Virus record (IMG/VR): IMGVR_UViG_3300009082_000016
Coordinates: 32,001 to 96,000 of that record
Direction: 5' to 3' (one strand)
DNA from: a virus
Length of the DNA: 64,000 bases
In this document: one piece after another, positions 46,696 to 56,829 of the stretch
Layout of the letters: every line of letters begins with the position of its first letter
Position numbering within the stretch: the first letter of the stretch is position 1
The notes under the pieces: generated by a model
Databases searched by the model: none
What the model saw: only the letters and a program-made list of their open reading frames with translations
Told to the model about the DNA's origin: nothing
Made by a program: the position numbers and the translations under genes

Positions 46696-46955
46696 GGTAC
46701 ACCTTCAGGGCAGCCGGCGCCCTCGACGCACGTACAGCCGGCCGGAACACCCAGCTCCACGTCCTCGGGCATCCAGCAGCAGGTCCAGTCGATCATCTGC
46801 CCGCCCAGCTCCTCGCAGTCCAAGAACGTCCGCCACCGCTGATCGCTGCCGCAGATCTGCGCCCGGTTGTTGAAACACCGGGTCTCGGCTGGCGTGCAAT
46901 CGTCCGGCATCGGGCAACCGGACAACAGGAGCACCAGCACCAGAAAAGTCCGCAT
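46692..46955 (-). CDS. Cys-rich lipoprotein
   Basis: LLLSG-C lipobox; CTPAETRC...QIC...W...DC module. Confidence 0.8.
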   Translation of the reverse strand: MRTFLVLVLLLSGCPMPDDCTPAETRCFNNRAQICGSDQRWRTFLDCEELGGQMIDWTCCWMPEDVELGVPAGCTCVEGAGCPEGVP

Positions 46956-46958
46956 GGC

Positions 46959-47405
46959 TCACCTCCCCTTGCGCTGCGCCTGCTTCACGACCTCCCGCGC
47001 GACCGACCAGGTCAGCGGGTCGGCCAGGGCCCCCCGGAAGTCGAACAGCGCCTCCGCCGCTTCCTTCTCCCGAACTTCGTTCCGCCCCTTCTCGATGAGC
47101 GCGGACTCCTCCGGGGCCAGGCGCTCCAGGATCTCCAGGAACTCGCCGACGTGGACCCGCTCTTCCTTGGCGATGTCCCGGAAGATGTCGGCGACCGTCT
47201 CGTTGTCGGTCGCGGCCGCCACGGCGTCGTAGAAGTGAGCCGCTTCCTCCTCGGCAGCGATCGCCTGCCGGGTGGAGCTGATCAGCTCTTCCGTCGAGAG
47301 CTTGTGGTCCGGCTGCAACCCGGGGAACGGGGTGATGAACTCGGCGGCCGTCTTCTCCGTCGTCTCGACGACCGACCTCTGCAACTCGCCCCACAGCTTG
47401 CCCAT
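46959..47405 (-). CDS. Ferritin-like (rubrerythrin/encapsulated-ferritin-type) protein with N- and C-terminal extensions
   Basis: EFITPF.G...KLS.EEL, IAAEEEAAHFY, DIAKEERVHVGEF. Confidence 0.85.
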   Translation of the reverse strand: MGKLWGELQRSVVETTEKTAAEFITPFPGLQPDHKLSTEELISSTRQAIAAEEEAAHFYDAVAAATDNETVADIFRDIAKEERVHVGEFLEILERLAPEESALIEKGRNEVREKEAAEALFDFRGALADPLTWSVAREVVKQAQRKGR

Positions 47406-47413
47406 GGTGCCTC

Positions 47414-50400
47414 CTAGCCGTTCCGAATCCGGTAGGCCAGCAACTCCTGCTGGTACGCCTGGATCAGAACGCGCCTGCGGCCGCGCACGTCCAACCGCGC
47501 CCGTGCCGCCGTATCCGTCTCGTTGATCCCCAACAGCTTCGCCGTGTCTGCCGGCGCCAGACCGAACAGGTCGGAATACGGCCCGAAGGAGTGGGAGTGG
47601 AATCCCATCACGCCCTTCACGATCGTCCCGTCGCCCTTCAGCTCCAGGTCCTTCGAGCCGAACATGTCGAACAGCGTGGCAATCGGGCGCCAGGTGTACT
47701 CGTCGGCGAACAGGGCCGCGCTGTAACCCTCGCTGCGGATCTTGGCGTAGGTGTGGGACAGGAAATCAACCGAGCCTTGGACCGTCGCGCCGTGCATGAT
47801 GCTCCCGATCACCTCGGGCGACGCCTCGCTCTCCTCGTCGGGATTCGCTTCGGACACGGCCGGGTAGCCCTGCTGCAGCGCCGCGGCGTCAGGCAGGGCG
47901 CCGTCCGACATCACGGAAATCGGGTCGGTGATCGCACCGACGCCCAGGAGCGGCATGTACACCCCGCCACCGACGCGCCCGTTGAGCCAGATGGCAGGAA
48001 ACCATGGCGGGCGAACGATGTCCTCGACCGCGAAGTCGACCGTCGACGCGCCATCCGACACGTCCTCGATGAACGCGTAGGCGTTGAGCGTCACCTTCAC
48101 GTCCGGGCTCCCGACGTAGCTCACCACGTCCGCGCCGAACTCTCGGGCGGGGTGCTCGGTGCCGATCAGGTCGCTGCGGATGGTGGCGGCCGGCAGCCGC
48201 TGCCCGTTCGGGTAGACACCGTAGAGAGGCAGAGCACGCGGTCGGGCGTTGCGAGGCTGCAGGGAAGACCTGCGCCGGGACAACGCGGACAGACGCTCGT
48301 TGAGTGCCGCGAGGGAAGCCCGCGCTTCAGGCGTATTGGCCGCGAGAGCCACCCTCAGCTGCTGGGTGACCTCTGTCGTCTGCTGACCGATGGACCGAAT
48401 CTCCCGGTCGACATCAACCGAATGCACCGTGGCCGGCGTGTACTGGTCGGTGACGTCCCGGACCTCCTTGATCGGACCGCCCCAAGGTCCCTGGGCACCC
48501 ACCACGGGCGGGTTGTCGGCGAACGCCGCGACCACCCACTGCTTGTCCGTGATCTGCTCGCCACGGACCGTGCGCTCGACCGTCTGGGGACCCGTGAACA
48601 GGCTGGCGATCACGCCACCCAGCGCACCAACCGCGCCGGCGGTCGCCGCCGTCATCTCATCGCGGGTCTCCTGGGTGACGACCACCGGCTCCTGACCCGG
48701 TCCGTGGACGTAGGACTCGTTCGGCTGCCGCTCCGGCGGGGTCCGGTCCATCCTTTCCCCCACCTCGTCGTGGACGAGGTCGAATCCGGCAACCGCGCCG
48801 CGGACCGCATTTCCCAGCGGGTCCCAGGTTGCGACCTGCTGCTTGACGTAGCGGTACAACTGCCGGCGACGACGCGCCTCCTGGACGTCTTGCCCGAAGA
48901 ACTCCACCGATTCCCGATGGTCGCGGGCGTAGGACAGCGTCATCGTCGTGCCGCACTGCCCCGACGCATCCATCGTGTGCGCCACGGTCTCGACGATCCC
49001 CAGGAAATGGACGCCGGTACGACCCTGCAGCAGGTCCAGGATCTCGCCCTTGAACGGCGGCGGCTCGCCCGTCGTCTCCTGGGTGAGCTGGTTGAGCGCC
49101 CGCTCGCCGTACTGGAGGATGAGCTCGTTGTTGCGTGTCTCGATGTACGACGGGGGGGCGCTGAGCACCAGCCCCGGGTAGCCCGGCACCAGATAGGGGT
49201 TGAACTTGCACTGCAGCTGCAACGTCCGGGCAGCGAAGCGGGTCTTGAAGAACAGGTAGTTGGTCACCCGTTGGAAGTAGTCGAGCGCCTGCCCGTTCAC
49301 CGTCTCGTTCTCCCGGCCGGCGCGGAGGATGTTCTTCCCGATGGTCATCTCCCGGTCGGACATCGTCTGGAAGAAGGGGACGATACCCGTGTAGATCTCG
49401 TGGGCCATCAGGTCGGACGAGATGTGCGCGTCGCCCTGGGCGAAGCTGCCACCCGAACGGCGGATGATGGGGCGGTCCCGCAGCAGCCCCGAGGCCATCG
49501 GCGTGAAGTACCAGTTGTCAAAAAAGGGCACCGAGCCCAGGAACGCCGAGTAGCCCTTGATCATCAGCCGCGTCGGTTCGGCGAAGAAGTTGCGGCTGAA
49601 CGACACGCTCGAGTACTGGTCAGGGAACACGACGTTGCAGCGCGGCGGCGGGCAGAACCAGATGTCGGGACGGAACAGCTGCGTGTAGAGGAAAGCCGGC
49701 TCACCGACATCGACATCGGGCCTGCGTGCCGACGACCCGTACGCCTCCCCCAGAATGAGGTCGCAGAGCTTGACGATCTCCTTGAGGTAGTCGTAGGGCT
49801 TCGAAGCGGTGGGGTCGGAACTTCCGAGGATGCTCCGCCCGGAACTTCCCTTGTAGGCCAGCAGCGCCAGGTTGAGCGTGACGTGCCCTTGACGCTCGCC
49901 CCGGTCCCGGAGCGCCTGCCGCAAGGACGTACCCAGCTGTTCCGCCCGGCGGAAGATGGCTCGCGTCTCCTCAAAGTACAGGGCGTTGATCCGCACGGTG
50001 TAGCCCTGCTCCGACAACGGGCTCCCCGCCCCCACTCGGGCGATCAGATCCTCCGTGGCCTTCTTCAGCACCCGGATGGGGCCGCGAACATTGATGGCCG
50101 CCACCTCCGGTTCCGCACCTTCGGACTCCGCGCACCAACCCATCATCTTCGCGTAGTCCCCGGAGGGCGGCCGATACGACGGCGTCGACAACGGGTACAC
50201 CGAGTAGAAGGTGTACTGCATCAGGGCCTGCATGAGCGTGCGGAAGTTGAACTGCCTGGGCAGTCCGCGGATGCTGGTCCGCCACAGCGAGCCGAAACCC
50301 TGGCTGGCCATCAACCGGACGGGTGTCGAGTCCCCGGGCGGGATGCCCATCTGCTGCAGGAGGCGCAGCCGCAGCTCGGCCATCGCGGCAAACGGGTTGG

Positions 50401-51097
50401 GCGACGTGATGACCTGTGCCCCCCCGAGCCTGCGATGGTAGACGCCGAACACCTCCTCCATCAGGTGCATGATGCCGGCCAGGTACGACGTGTTCACCTG
50501 ACCAGTCGACGGGTCCCGGGTGACCAGCTGCGGGAACGAGCTCGGCGGCTTGGTCAGCTTGTCGTACAGGGCGCCTGTCTCACCGCCCAGGAGGTCGTAG
50601 AACGCGCCCGTCGCGTGCCCTTCAAACGTGGGCATGCGCGTCGGCGCGAACAGCCCCCCTGACCGATCGTGAATCACCGAGTCCCAGTAGTTCGACAGGT
50701 CCTGGCACTGCAGAACGACGCCGCGGTTGGACTCGTTCTTGGTGTAGGACAACCCCATGACCTCGCCGACGAACAGGAGTCGGTAGCGGGTGTACTCGGC
50801 CGGGACATCGGGGACAACAACGTCCTCCTCCCCCTCGATCACCGGCGTTTCGTACGAGGTGTTGACCGCCTCGATCTGCGAGCTGCCGGGGACGCCCACC
50901 ACGTAGTCGGGGTTGGCCGTGTCGCAGTAGAAGACGTGGATCAGCGTCCGGGGCAGGATCATGAACGCCAGGGGGCTCGGGACGATCTGGATGGACGCAG
51001 AAGCCGGGCTGTCCCGCTGCATGGAGACAGCGATGCTGACGATGGGAAGCTCGACGCCCTCGGCGAAGAACTTGAGATGGAGCTTGTCCGCCCTCAC
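47414..51097 (-). CDS. Baseplate hub-like tail protein (1227 aa)
   Basis: LKFFAEGVELP, LLFVGEV, LQCQDLSNYW, PPRCNV.FP, FNPYLVPGYP; downstream of the tape measure. Confidence 0.65.
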   Translation of the reverse strand: MRADKLHLKFFAEGVELPIVSIAVSMQRDSPASASIQIVPSPLAFMILPRTLIHVFYCDTANPDYVVGVPGSSQIEAVNTSYETPVIEGEEDVVVPDVPAEYTRYRLLFVGEVMGLSYTKNESNRGVVLQCQDLSNYWDSVIHDRSGGLFAPTRMPTFEGHATGAFYDLLGGETGALYDKLTKPPSSFPQLVTRDPSTGQVNTSYLAGIMHLMEEVFGVYHRRLGGAQVITSPNPFAAMAELRLRLLQQMGIPPGDSTPVRLMASQGFGSLWRTSIRGLPRQFNFRTLMQALMQYTFYSVYPLSTPSYRPPSGDYAKMMGWCAESEGAEPEVAAINVRGPIRVLKKATEDLIARVGAGSPLSEQGYTVRINALYFEETRAIFRRAEQLGTSLRQALRDRGERQGHVTLNLALLAYKGSSGRSILGSSDPTASKPYDYLKEIVKLCDLILGEAYGSSARRPDVDVGEPAFLYTQLFRPDIWFCPPPRCNVVFPDQYSSVSFSRNFFAEPTRLMIKGYSAFLGSVPFFDNWYFTPMASGLLRDRPIIRRSGGSFAQGDAHISSDLMAHEIYTGIVPFFQTMSDREMTIGKNILRAGRENETVNGQALDYFQRVTNYLFFKTRFAARTLQLQCKFNPYLVPGYPGLVLSAPPSYIETRNNELILQYGERALNQLTQETTGEPPPFKGEILDLLQGRTGVHFLGIVETVAHTMDASGQCGTTMTLSYARDHRESVEFFGQDVQEARRRRQLYRYVKQQVATWDPLGNAVRGAVAGFDLVHDEVGERMDRTPPERQPNESYVHGPGQEPVVVTQETRDEMTAATAGAVGALGGVIASLFTGPQTVERTVRGEQITDKQWVVAAFADNPPVVGAQGPWGGPIKEVRDVTDQYTPATVHSVDVDREIRSIGQQTTEVTQQLRVALAANTPEARASLAALNERLSALSRRRSSLQPRNARPRALPLYGVYPNGQRLPAATIRSDLIGTEHPAREFGADVVSYVGSPDVKVTLNAYAFIEDVSDGASTVDFAVEDIVRPPWFPAIWLNGRVGGGVYMPLLGVGAITDPISVMSDGALPDAAALQQGYPAVSEANPDEESEASPEVIGSIMHGATVQGSVDFLSHTYAKIRSEGYSAALFADEYTWRPIATLFDMFGSKDLELKGDGTIVKGVMGFHSHSFGPYSDLFGLAPADTAKLLGINETDTAARARLDVRGRRRVLIQAYQQELLAYRIRNG

Positions 51098-51445
51098 CTA
51101 CACTCCCGGAGGGGGCGGCAGTTCTGCCCCATCCGGGCCAACGATACTCTTTCCCCGCGGAAGAGCCAAGCCGGTGGTCGCCTCGCGGTAGGCGATCTGG
51201 ATCTCCTCGTAGAGGTCCACCTCGTCCTTCTTCGCCGGCCGCCACGGGTAGCGCATCGGCATGTGGTAGTCGCCATCCGGGAACGACATGTTCATCCGCA
51301 TCGCCGGCCCCTTCTCGGACTTCACCAGCTCGTTGCTGACGAAGCACATGCCCTTCAGCAGGTAGTTGGCCTTCTCGGGGTATTCCTGGACGACCCCGAT
51401 CATCCGGCGGCCTTCGGCGATCACGATGATGGTCTTGGACATCAA
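51098..51445 (-). CDS. Hypothetical protein
   Basis: SD GGAGG. Confidence 0.7.
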   Translation of the reverse strand: MMSKTIIVIAEGRRMIGVVQEYPEKANYLLKGMCFVSNELVKSEKGPAMRMNMSFPDGDYHMPMRYPWRPAKKDEVDLYEEIQIAYREATTGLALPRGKSIVGPDGAELPPPPGV

Positions 51446-51493
51446 GCACCTCCTACGGCACCCTCTATCCGGGTTGCAGTCGTATGTCTACGG

Positions 51494-52735
51494 TCAGATG
51501 GAGGTCGGGAGACGGCTCGGGTCGATGGTGCCGGTGGTGACGGTCGATCCATGGGACGGCGGACCGCCCGGCGCCGACTCGAACGTCGACCCGGTGTCGG
51601 GCGGCAGGTCTTCCGGCAGGTGTGACACCCCGGGGTAGGACGACTCGGTCGGCAGGTCTTCGGGAAGGCGGCTGACGTTGATGGCCTCCGCCGCCTGACC
51701 GCCGTCGAGCACGTCCGGATCGTGCTTCTGGGTCTGCGGAGATTCCGTCGGGCGCAGGACGTACTCGTCCGTGTTGTCGTAGATCTTGCTGCGAAGTGGC
51801 AGGATCCGGTCCCGCATCCAGCCGGACGGACTCGCCGCCCGCTGGGTCTCACCCACGGCCCCGTACATCATGAACTGGTCGAGCGAGATCAGCTGGGGCT
51901 GGAAGGACTCGCTCGGCGGGATGTCGCCCGACATCGCCGCCTTCAGCAGCACGCCCAGCTTGTCGATCGACTTCAGGCCCATCCGCTCCCGCTCGTAGCG
52001 GATCTTGTTCAGCTGGTTGTTCTGGGCCCCCTTGTACTGGTCCAGGAATCCCTGGCGCTCGTCCTCCGTCATCTGCGCCAGTTGCTCGTACGCCTGCGGA
52101 TCGGCCAGGTCGATCACCTGCCGGTTGACCGGGAAGTCGAGCGAGTACGAGCAGAGCATCTCGAGCGACGTGACCAGCAGCGTCATGCTGAACGGCACGA
52201 GGTTGGGGACGTCCGACGTCTGGCTCGGCTGGTAGGAGATGGGGTAGCCCTCGAGCAGCACGCCGTCGTAGTACAAGTACAGCCGGGCGCCAGCTTCGGC
52301 CAGCTTCGTGCCGCGAATCAGCTCGTTGTAGTTCTTCCACATCTCCTCGGACCACGGGAAGTCCGGGGTATGCAGCAGGCCCCCGTTGAGCTGCGCCTGG
52401 ATCGGGTGCTGCCCGAAGAAGAAGACGTACGTCTCCCCGAAAGTCGGGACGACCTGGAACTTCTCCGTGCAGCTGAAGGAGAGCGCCTGGATGAGGTAGT
52501 TGGCATAGGACGCGCTGAGCGGCTGTCCGTCCATCCCCGCCCCGCTGGTGTTGTGGAACGGAAGGAGATTCCCGCTCTCGTTGACGACCCGCATGTACGA
52601 GTAGGTCGGCTCGCGGATCTCGATGCCACGAAGGGGACGGCGCACGGCCACGTCCACCGGCGCGTCCTGGACCTCCCCCAGGATCATCCGCTGGTTGATG
52701 GTGAAGGGATCGGTTTCGGCTTCCAGAAAAACCAC
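51494..52735 (-). CDS. Tail tube initiator/distal-tail-like protein
   Basis: EKFQVVPTFGETYVFFFG motif; follows the tape measure; C-terminal VSxLPEDLP repeat. Confidence 0.55.
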   Translation of the reverse strand: MVFLEAETDPFTINQRMILGEVQDAPVDVAVRRPLRGIEIREPTYSYMRVVNESGNLLPFHNTSGAGMDGQPLSASYANYLIQALSFSCTEKFQVVPTFGETYVFFFGQHPIQAQLNGGLLHTPDFPWSEEMWKNYNELIRGTKLAEAGARLYLYYDGVLLEGYPISYQPSQTSDVPNLVPFSMTLLVTSLEMLCSYSLDFPVNRQVIDLADPQAYEQLAQMTEDERQGFLDQYKGAQNNQLNKIRYERERMGLKSIDKLGVLLKAAMSGDIPPSESFQPQLISLDQFMMYGAVGETQRAASPSGWMRDRILPLRSKIYDNTDEYVLRPTESPQTQKHDPDVLDGGQAAEAINVSRLPEDLPTESSYPGVSHLPEDLPPDTGSTFESAPGGPPSHGSTVTTGTIDPSRLPTSI

Positions 52736-52743
52736 GGCCCCTC

Positions 52744-53004
52744 CTAGAACACCAGGCTCGTGCGGGCCAGGATGTCACGCAGCTTGCGCGGCGTGTCCGG
52801 GCGCTCGTAGCCGCGGCCCGTGTACAGCGAGAACAGGAACGCCTTGCCCATGTTGACGCTCACGTCGTCCACCGAGTACAGGTCGCGCAGGATGAGCGAG
52901 TGCATCCGCCGGTCGGACCCGAGGTAGCGCACGCGCTGCTCGATACGGCCCGTGAGCACGTCCGCCGGCGGGGCACCGGCCGGGATCAATCCGAAGTCGG
53001 CCAT
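52744..53004 (-). CDS. Small tail-associated protein
   Basis: TGATG overlap with the tape measure. Confidence 0.65.
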   Translation of the reverse strand: MADFGLIPAGAPPADVLTGRIEQRVRYLGSDRRMHSLILRDLYSVDDVSVNMGKAFLFSLYTGRGYERPDTPRKLRDILARTSLVF

Positions 53005-56000
53005 CAGCCGGCACCTCCTGAAGCCGCAGCGCCGCCCCCGCCCCCGCTGCGGCGGAGCACGGCCATGCCCAGCCCGCCGCTGCCGCCACCCGACGCGGTC
53101 CCCTGGGCGCCACCGGTCTCCGCAGATGAACCGGGCGTGGTGGGCGTTTTTCCACCAGTACCCCCGGTGGGCACTGCGGCAGCGGCCGCACCGGGAACGG
53201 TGACTTTCGTGAGGTCAATCTCCCAGGTGATCGCGCCAATGGCGTTGGCAATGTCCGTGGGCAACTGCTGCTGCGCCTGGGTCGCCTTGCTCTCCTGCTG
53301 CCGGACCCCCGAGGCGAAGCGGCCGTAGATGTCGCCGACCTGCCGCCCGAGAGCCCCCTGATCGAGCCCCTTGCCGGTCTCGAGGTACTTCCGGACATCG
53401 ACCCCGGATCCACCAAGTCCCGCTTCCTGGGCTGCCGTGGTGAGAGCTTCGACGCTGGCCCCCTGCAGACCGCTGACATCCCGGACCCTGCCGATGACGT
53501 CGAGCAGGGCCTTCCGACGCGCATCCGTACTCCCACGGCCGGCACGCTGGAGGCGGCGCAGGCTGTTACCCGCCCCCTCGACCGCGGCGAGGGCGTCGGT
53601 ATAGCCAACCGCCGACAGGGCGCCGAGCCGGCGCTGGTGTTCCTTCGGGTCGGAGCCGGCATAGACGTTGGCAACGAGCTCGCCGACACGGCCGGGATCG
53701 ATCGTATCCCCCGCCAGGCCGGAAAGGGTGCCGACCAGATTCCCGAGAGCGGGATCGCTTTTCGCGAGCTCCTTGAGCTTGTCGACCTGCTCCGGGCTCG
53801 CACCGAACATCGTCTTGGTGGCCTTCGAGACGTCCTGCCAACCGATGACAGCATTCCCCCGGCCGATCATCAGCGTGGCGTTGAGCGCCTCGCGGACACC
53901 GTCATCCCCACCACGGTTCAAAGCCTCCTGGATGGGACCCTGTTCCATGATCTCGTCGACCTGGGCCCGGCTGAGCCCCTTCCCCTCAAGGGCCGCCAGG
54001 AAGATGCCGCGAGAATCCGCCCCAGGTTGCACAGCACTCTTTCCCGCCGAGAGCAGATCGTCGGCACTCTTGCCGAACAAGGCACCACCCTTCTGCTCCG
54101 TGAGCTCCATCATCTTCCCGGAGAGGTCGGACGTCGCACGCAGGAAGCCGCGGATCTTCGACATCTCCCACGAGACGACGTCCTTGCCCTTGCCCTCCGT
54201 CCGGAACATGCCGCGGAGCGCCTGGTCGTAGGCGTCACCGCCCTGGCCCATGAGCGGCCCGCCCTTCAGAAGCTCCTGGTAGGAGAACGCGCCGATGCCG
54301 AGCTCACCAGGCTTGAGCCAACCCTTCTCGATCGCCTCGCGCTCTTCCGGCTTGAGCACCTTCCCCATCGCGAGCTCGGCGGCCTGCTGGTAGACCTGAC
54401 CCGAAATCTGGTTCCGCGTGACCTTCGTCAGATCGTAGCCGCGCTCCGCCATGGTCGTCTGGAGGTTCTGAACGATGCCCTGCATCTCCGCCTGGGTGAC
54501 TTCCACCTTCCGACCCAGGATGCTGAACTCCTGCGTTCCCGTCCACAGCTCGGAAATGCCCTTGGCTGCGGAGTAACCTTCGCTCTCCACGTTGTACGTC
54601 CCTGAACGAATGTCCGTGGCAATCTGCTCGGCGCGTCTCTGCATGAACGAGGCGTGCCGCTCCGCGCTCGCCGTCGTCTCGTCGACAGCGCCCGCGATCG
54701 GCCGCAGCCACTGCGACATGGCCCCGCCCCGCATCGCGTTCGCCTGCCGCAGCATGGCATCGTGCCGTTCGGACGAAACGCCGGTGGCGTGGGCCTGCGC
54801 TTCCAGCTCCTTGGCCTTGCGGAAGGTTTCCGTGACCTGGGAGGGGATCTCGCCGATGAGCTGACCACCCCAGTTCGAGGTCAGGGACGACAGCCCCGTG
54901 TACACGGCTTTGGCCTGCTGTTCGAGACGATGCTGCTCGTGCCACGGCAACTTCTCGAGCTGCTTCTGGGCTTCCGTGATAGCGGCGTTGACATCACCCG
55001 TCGCCCCGACGATGTACGAACCGGCATTGAGCATCCGGGCCTGGGTCTGAAGCGTCGCAATCTGGTTGGGGTCCGTGATTCCAGGAGCCACCGGCCCGGA
55101 GAAAGTGGAAAGACCCGGCCCGGCCCCCGCGCCCGCAGCCTGGTAGCGGCTCATGATGCCCTGGATCTGCTTCGACGAGCCGGGCCGGAACATCATGTCC
55201 TGCAGCGGGGCCGCAAGCCACGAGTCCGCCGCATCCACGGCGGCGCCCATCCGCTCCATCATCAGCTGCTCGAACGACTTCTGGACCTGCTCGCCCTTCT
55301 GCTCGAGCTTCTGGACCCAGCCCTGCACCCGCTCCTGGAACCCGCGCATGAACTGCGGGCCGCCGGCCTGCATGTTGCGGGCAAAGTTGGAGGACGCCTG
55401 CCGGGCGCGAATGTTGTTCGCCTGCTCTTCGATGCGGATGGTGTCGATGTTCTGGATCATCTCCGCATACGGCGCGACCTGCTCGGCGTTCATGCCCGTG
55501 AGCCGCCCCAACGTGATGCGCCCACGGCTGCTGGTCACGTCGTCGATGCCCCGCTCCTGGAGGACGTTGCGGTACATCAACATCTCGGCGTACGGCTCGG
55601 CCTGCATCATGTTGGAGGCGAGCTTGCCGCGGTTCGCAACCCAGTTGGCCTGACCGTACTGCCCCGCCCGGCGGGAGGCCTGACGCTGCAGCTCACCCAT
55701 CGAGAGCGTGCCGCCACGCAGCCCGGCCATCATCTCCTGATCGACGCCGCCCGTCGTCGGGTCAAGCATCGCCGCCGTGAGCCAGGCGCCGCGGCTGCTG
55801 TGCCGCATGCGCTGCGACATCTGCCCCAGGAACTGCGAGCCCATCGCCTGGATGCCGCCCTGCTCAGGGGACATGCCCGTCGCCTGGAACACGTCCTCGG
55901 GGTTGAGGATGCCGAGGTTGTAGGCCGTGCCCATCGTGCGCTGCATCATCAGGGACGCGCCCATCGCCTGGGGGGCGCGGATGCCGGCCTGCATCATGCC

Positions 56001-56666
56001 GGGCAGCGCCTGCTGCATGCCCTGCATCACCGCCTGCGGGCTCATCCCCGTGCCGTAGGCGACGCCCTGGACCTGCGACAGCGCGTTCGCGCCGGCCTGC
56101 CCGAAGAGGCCCATGCCGCGCACCTGCTGCATGAGCGCCATCGACTCCTGCAGCGACGTGCCGAGCGTCTGCGTGACCGTCTTCACCGCCTGGAGCAGCT
56201 CGGTGAACTTCTGCTTGAAGTCGCTGACCGTGCGCGTCGCCTGGAACGCGCCCATCTGCGTGCCGGCGCCGATGATCTGCGACAGCTCGCCCATCGTCGC
56301 CTGCGGCATGACCTGCTGCTGCTTGACCTGCTGGAAGATGGCCTCGCGCTCCTGGAAGCCGAAGCCCTGGCCCATCGGGCCGCCGCCGCCCGGGAAGGCG
56401 ATCTGCCCGATCGCCCCCATCACGTTCGCCCGGTTCATCGCGCCCTGGGTGATGGCACCGAGAATCGGGGTCTGCGGGGAGATGAGCGAGCCGAGGACGG
56501 CGGGGCCCATCTGCTGCGCTGCCTGCAACCCGGCGGGCGTCTGCGGGCCGTACATCAGGCCCTGCATCAACGTCGGCCAGATCGGCGGGGGTGCCATGTT
56601 CTGCTGCCCCATCATGGCCAGCTGCATGATCTGGGCGGAGCTCATCACGGTCGGTGGCGTTCCCAC
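53004..56666 (-). CDS. Tape-measure-like protein (about 1220 aa)
   Basis: Long helical A/G/Q/M-rich ORF upstream of hub genes; GTG start 7 nt after TGCTAGGAT. Confidence 0.75.
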   Translation of the reverse strand: MGTPPTVMSSAQIMQLAMMGQQNMAPPPIWPTLMQGLMYGPQTPAGLQAAQQMGPAVLGSLISPQTPILGAITQGAMNRANVMGAIGQIAFPGGGGPMGQGFGFQEREAIFQQVKQQQVMPQATMGELSQIIGAGTQMGAFQATRTVSDFKQKFTELLQAVKTVTQTLGTSLQESMALMQQVRGMGLFGQAGANALSQVQGVAYGTGMSPQAVMQGMQQALPGMMQAGIRAPQAMGASLMMQRTMGTAYNLGILNPEDVFQATGMSPEQGGIQAMGSQFLGQMSQRMRHSSRGAWLTAAMLDPTTGGVDQEMMAGLRGGTLSMGELQRQASRRAGQYGQANWVANRGKLASNMMQAEPYAEMLMYRNVLQERGIDDVTSSRGRITLGRLTGMNAEQVAPYAEMIQNIDTIRIEEQANNIRARQASSNFARNMQAGGPQFMRGFQERVQGWVQKLEQKGEQVQKSFEQLMMERMGAAVDAADSWLAAPLQDMMFRPGSSKQIQGIMSRYQAAGAGAGPGLSTFSGPVAPGITDPNQIATLQTQARMLNAGSYIVGATGDVNAAITEAQKQLEKLPWHEQHRLEQQAKAVYTGLSSLTSNWGGQLIGEIPSQVTETFRKAKELEAQAHATGVSSERHDAMLRQANAMRGGAMSQWLRPIAGAVDETTASAERHASFMQRRAEQIATDIRSGTYNVESEGYSAAKGISELWTGTQEFSILGRKVEVTQAEMQGIVQNLQTTMAERGYDLTKVTRNQISGQVYQQAAELAMGKVLKPEEREAIEKGWLKPGELGIGAFSYQELLKGGPLMGQGGDAYDQALRGMFRTEGKGKDVVSWEMSKIRGFLRATSDLSGKMMELTEQKGGALFGKSADDLLSAGKSAVQPGADSRGIFLAALEGKGLSRAQVDEIMEQGPIQEALNRGGDDGVREALNATLMIGRGNAVIGWQDVSKATKTMFGASPEQVDKLKELAKSDPALGNLVGTLSGLAGDTIDPGRVGELVANVYAGSDPKEHQRRLGALSAVGYTDALAAVEGAGNSLRRLQRAGRGSTDARRKALLDVIGRVRDVSGLQGASVEALTTAAQEAGLGGSGVDVRKYLETGKGLDQGALGRQVGDIYGRFASGVRQQESKATQAQQQLPTDIANAIGAITWEIDLTKVTVPGAAAAAVPTGGTGGKTPTTPGSSAETGGAQGTASGGGSGGLGMAVLRRSGGGGGAAASGGAG

Positions 56667-56673
56667 GTCGGCT

Positions 56674-56682
56674 ATCCTAGCA
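56674..56682 (-). promoter_or_regulatory. Extended -10 TGCTAGGAT, leaderless start at 56666
   Basis: In-frame GTG exactly 7 nt downstream. Confidence 0.55.
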
Positions 56683-56829
56683 CCGAACGGCGGCAAAGAA
56701 GAAGGGGCCCTCACCAGGGTCCTCCCTTCCCACGAACCGGGCACGCTCGACCGCGAGTCCCCGGGCGACTATGTCGCCGGCTTCCGCTTCACGGAACGCC
56801 TCAGAACGACGGGGACGGTCGGTAGACGA

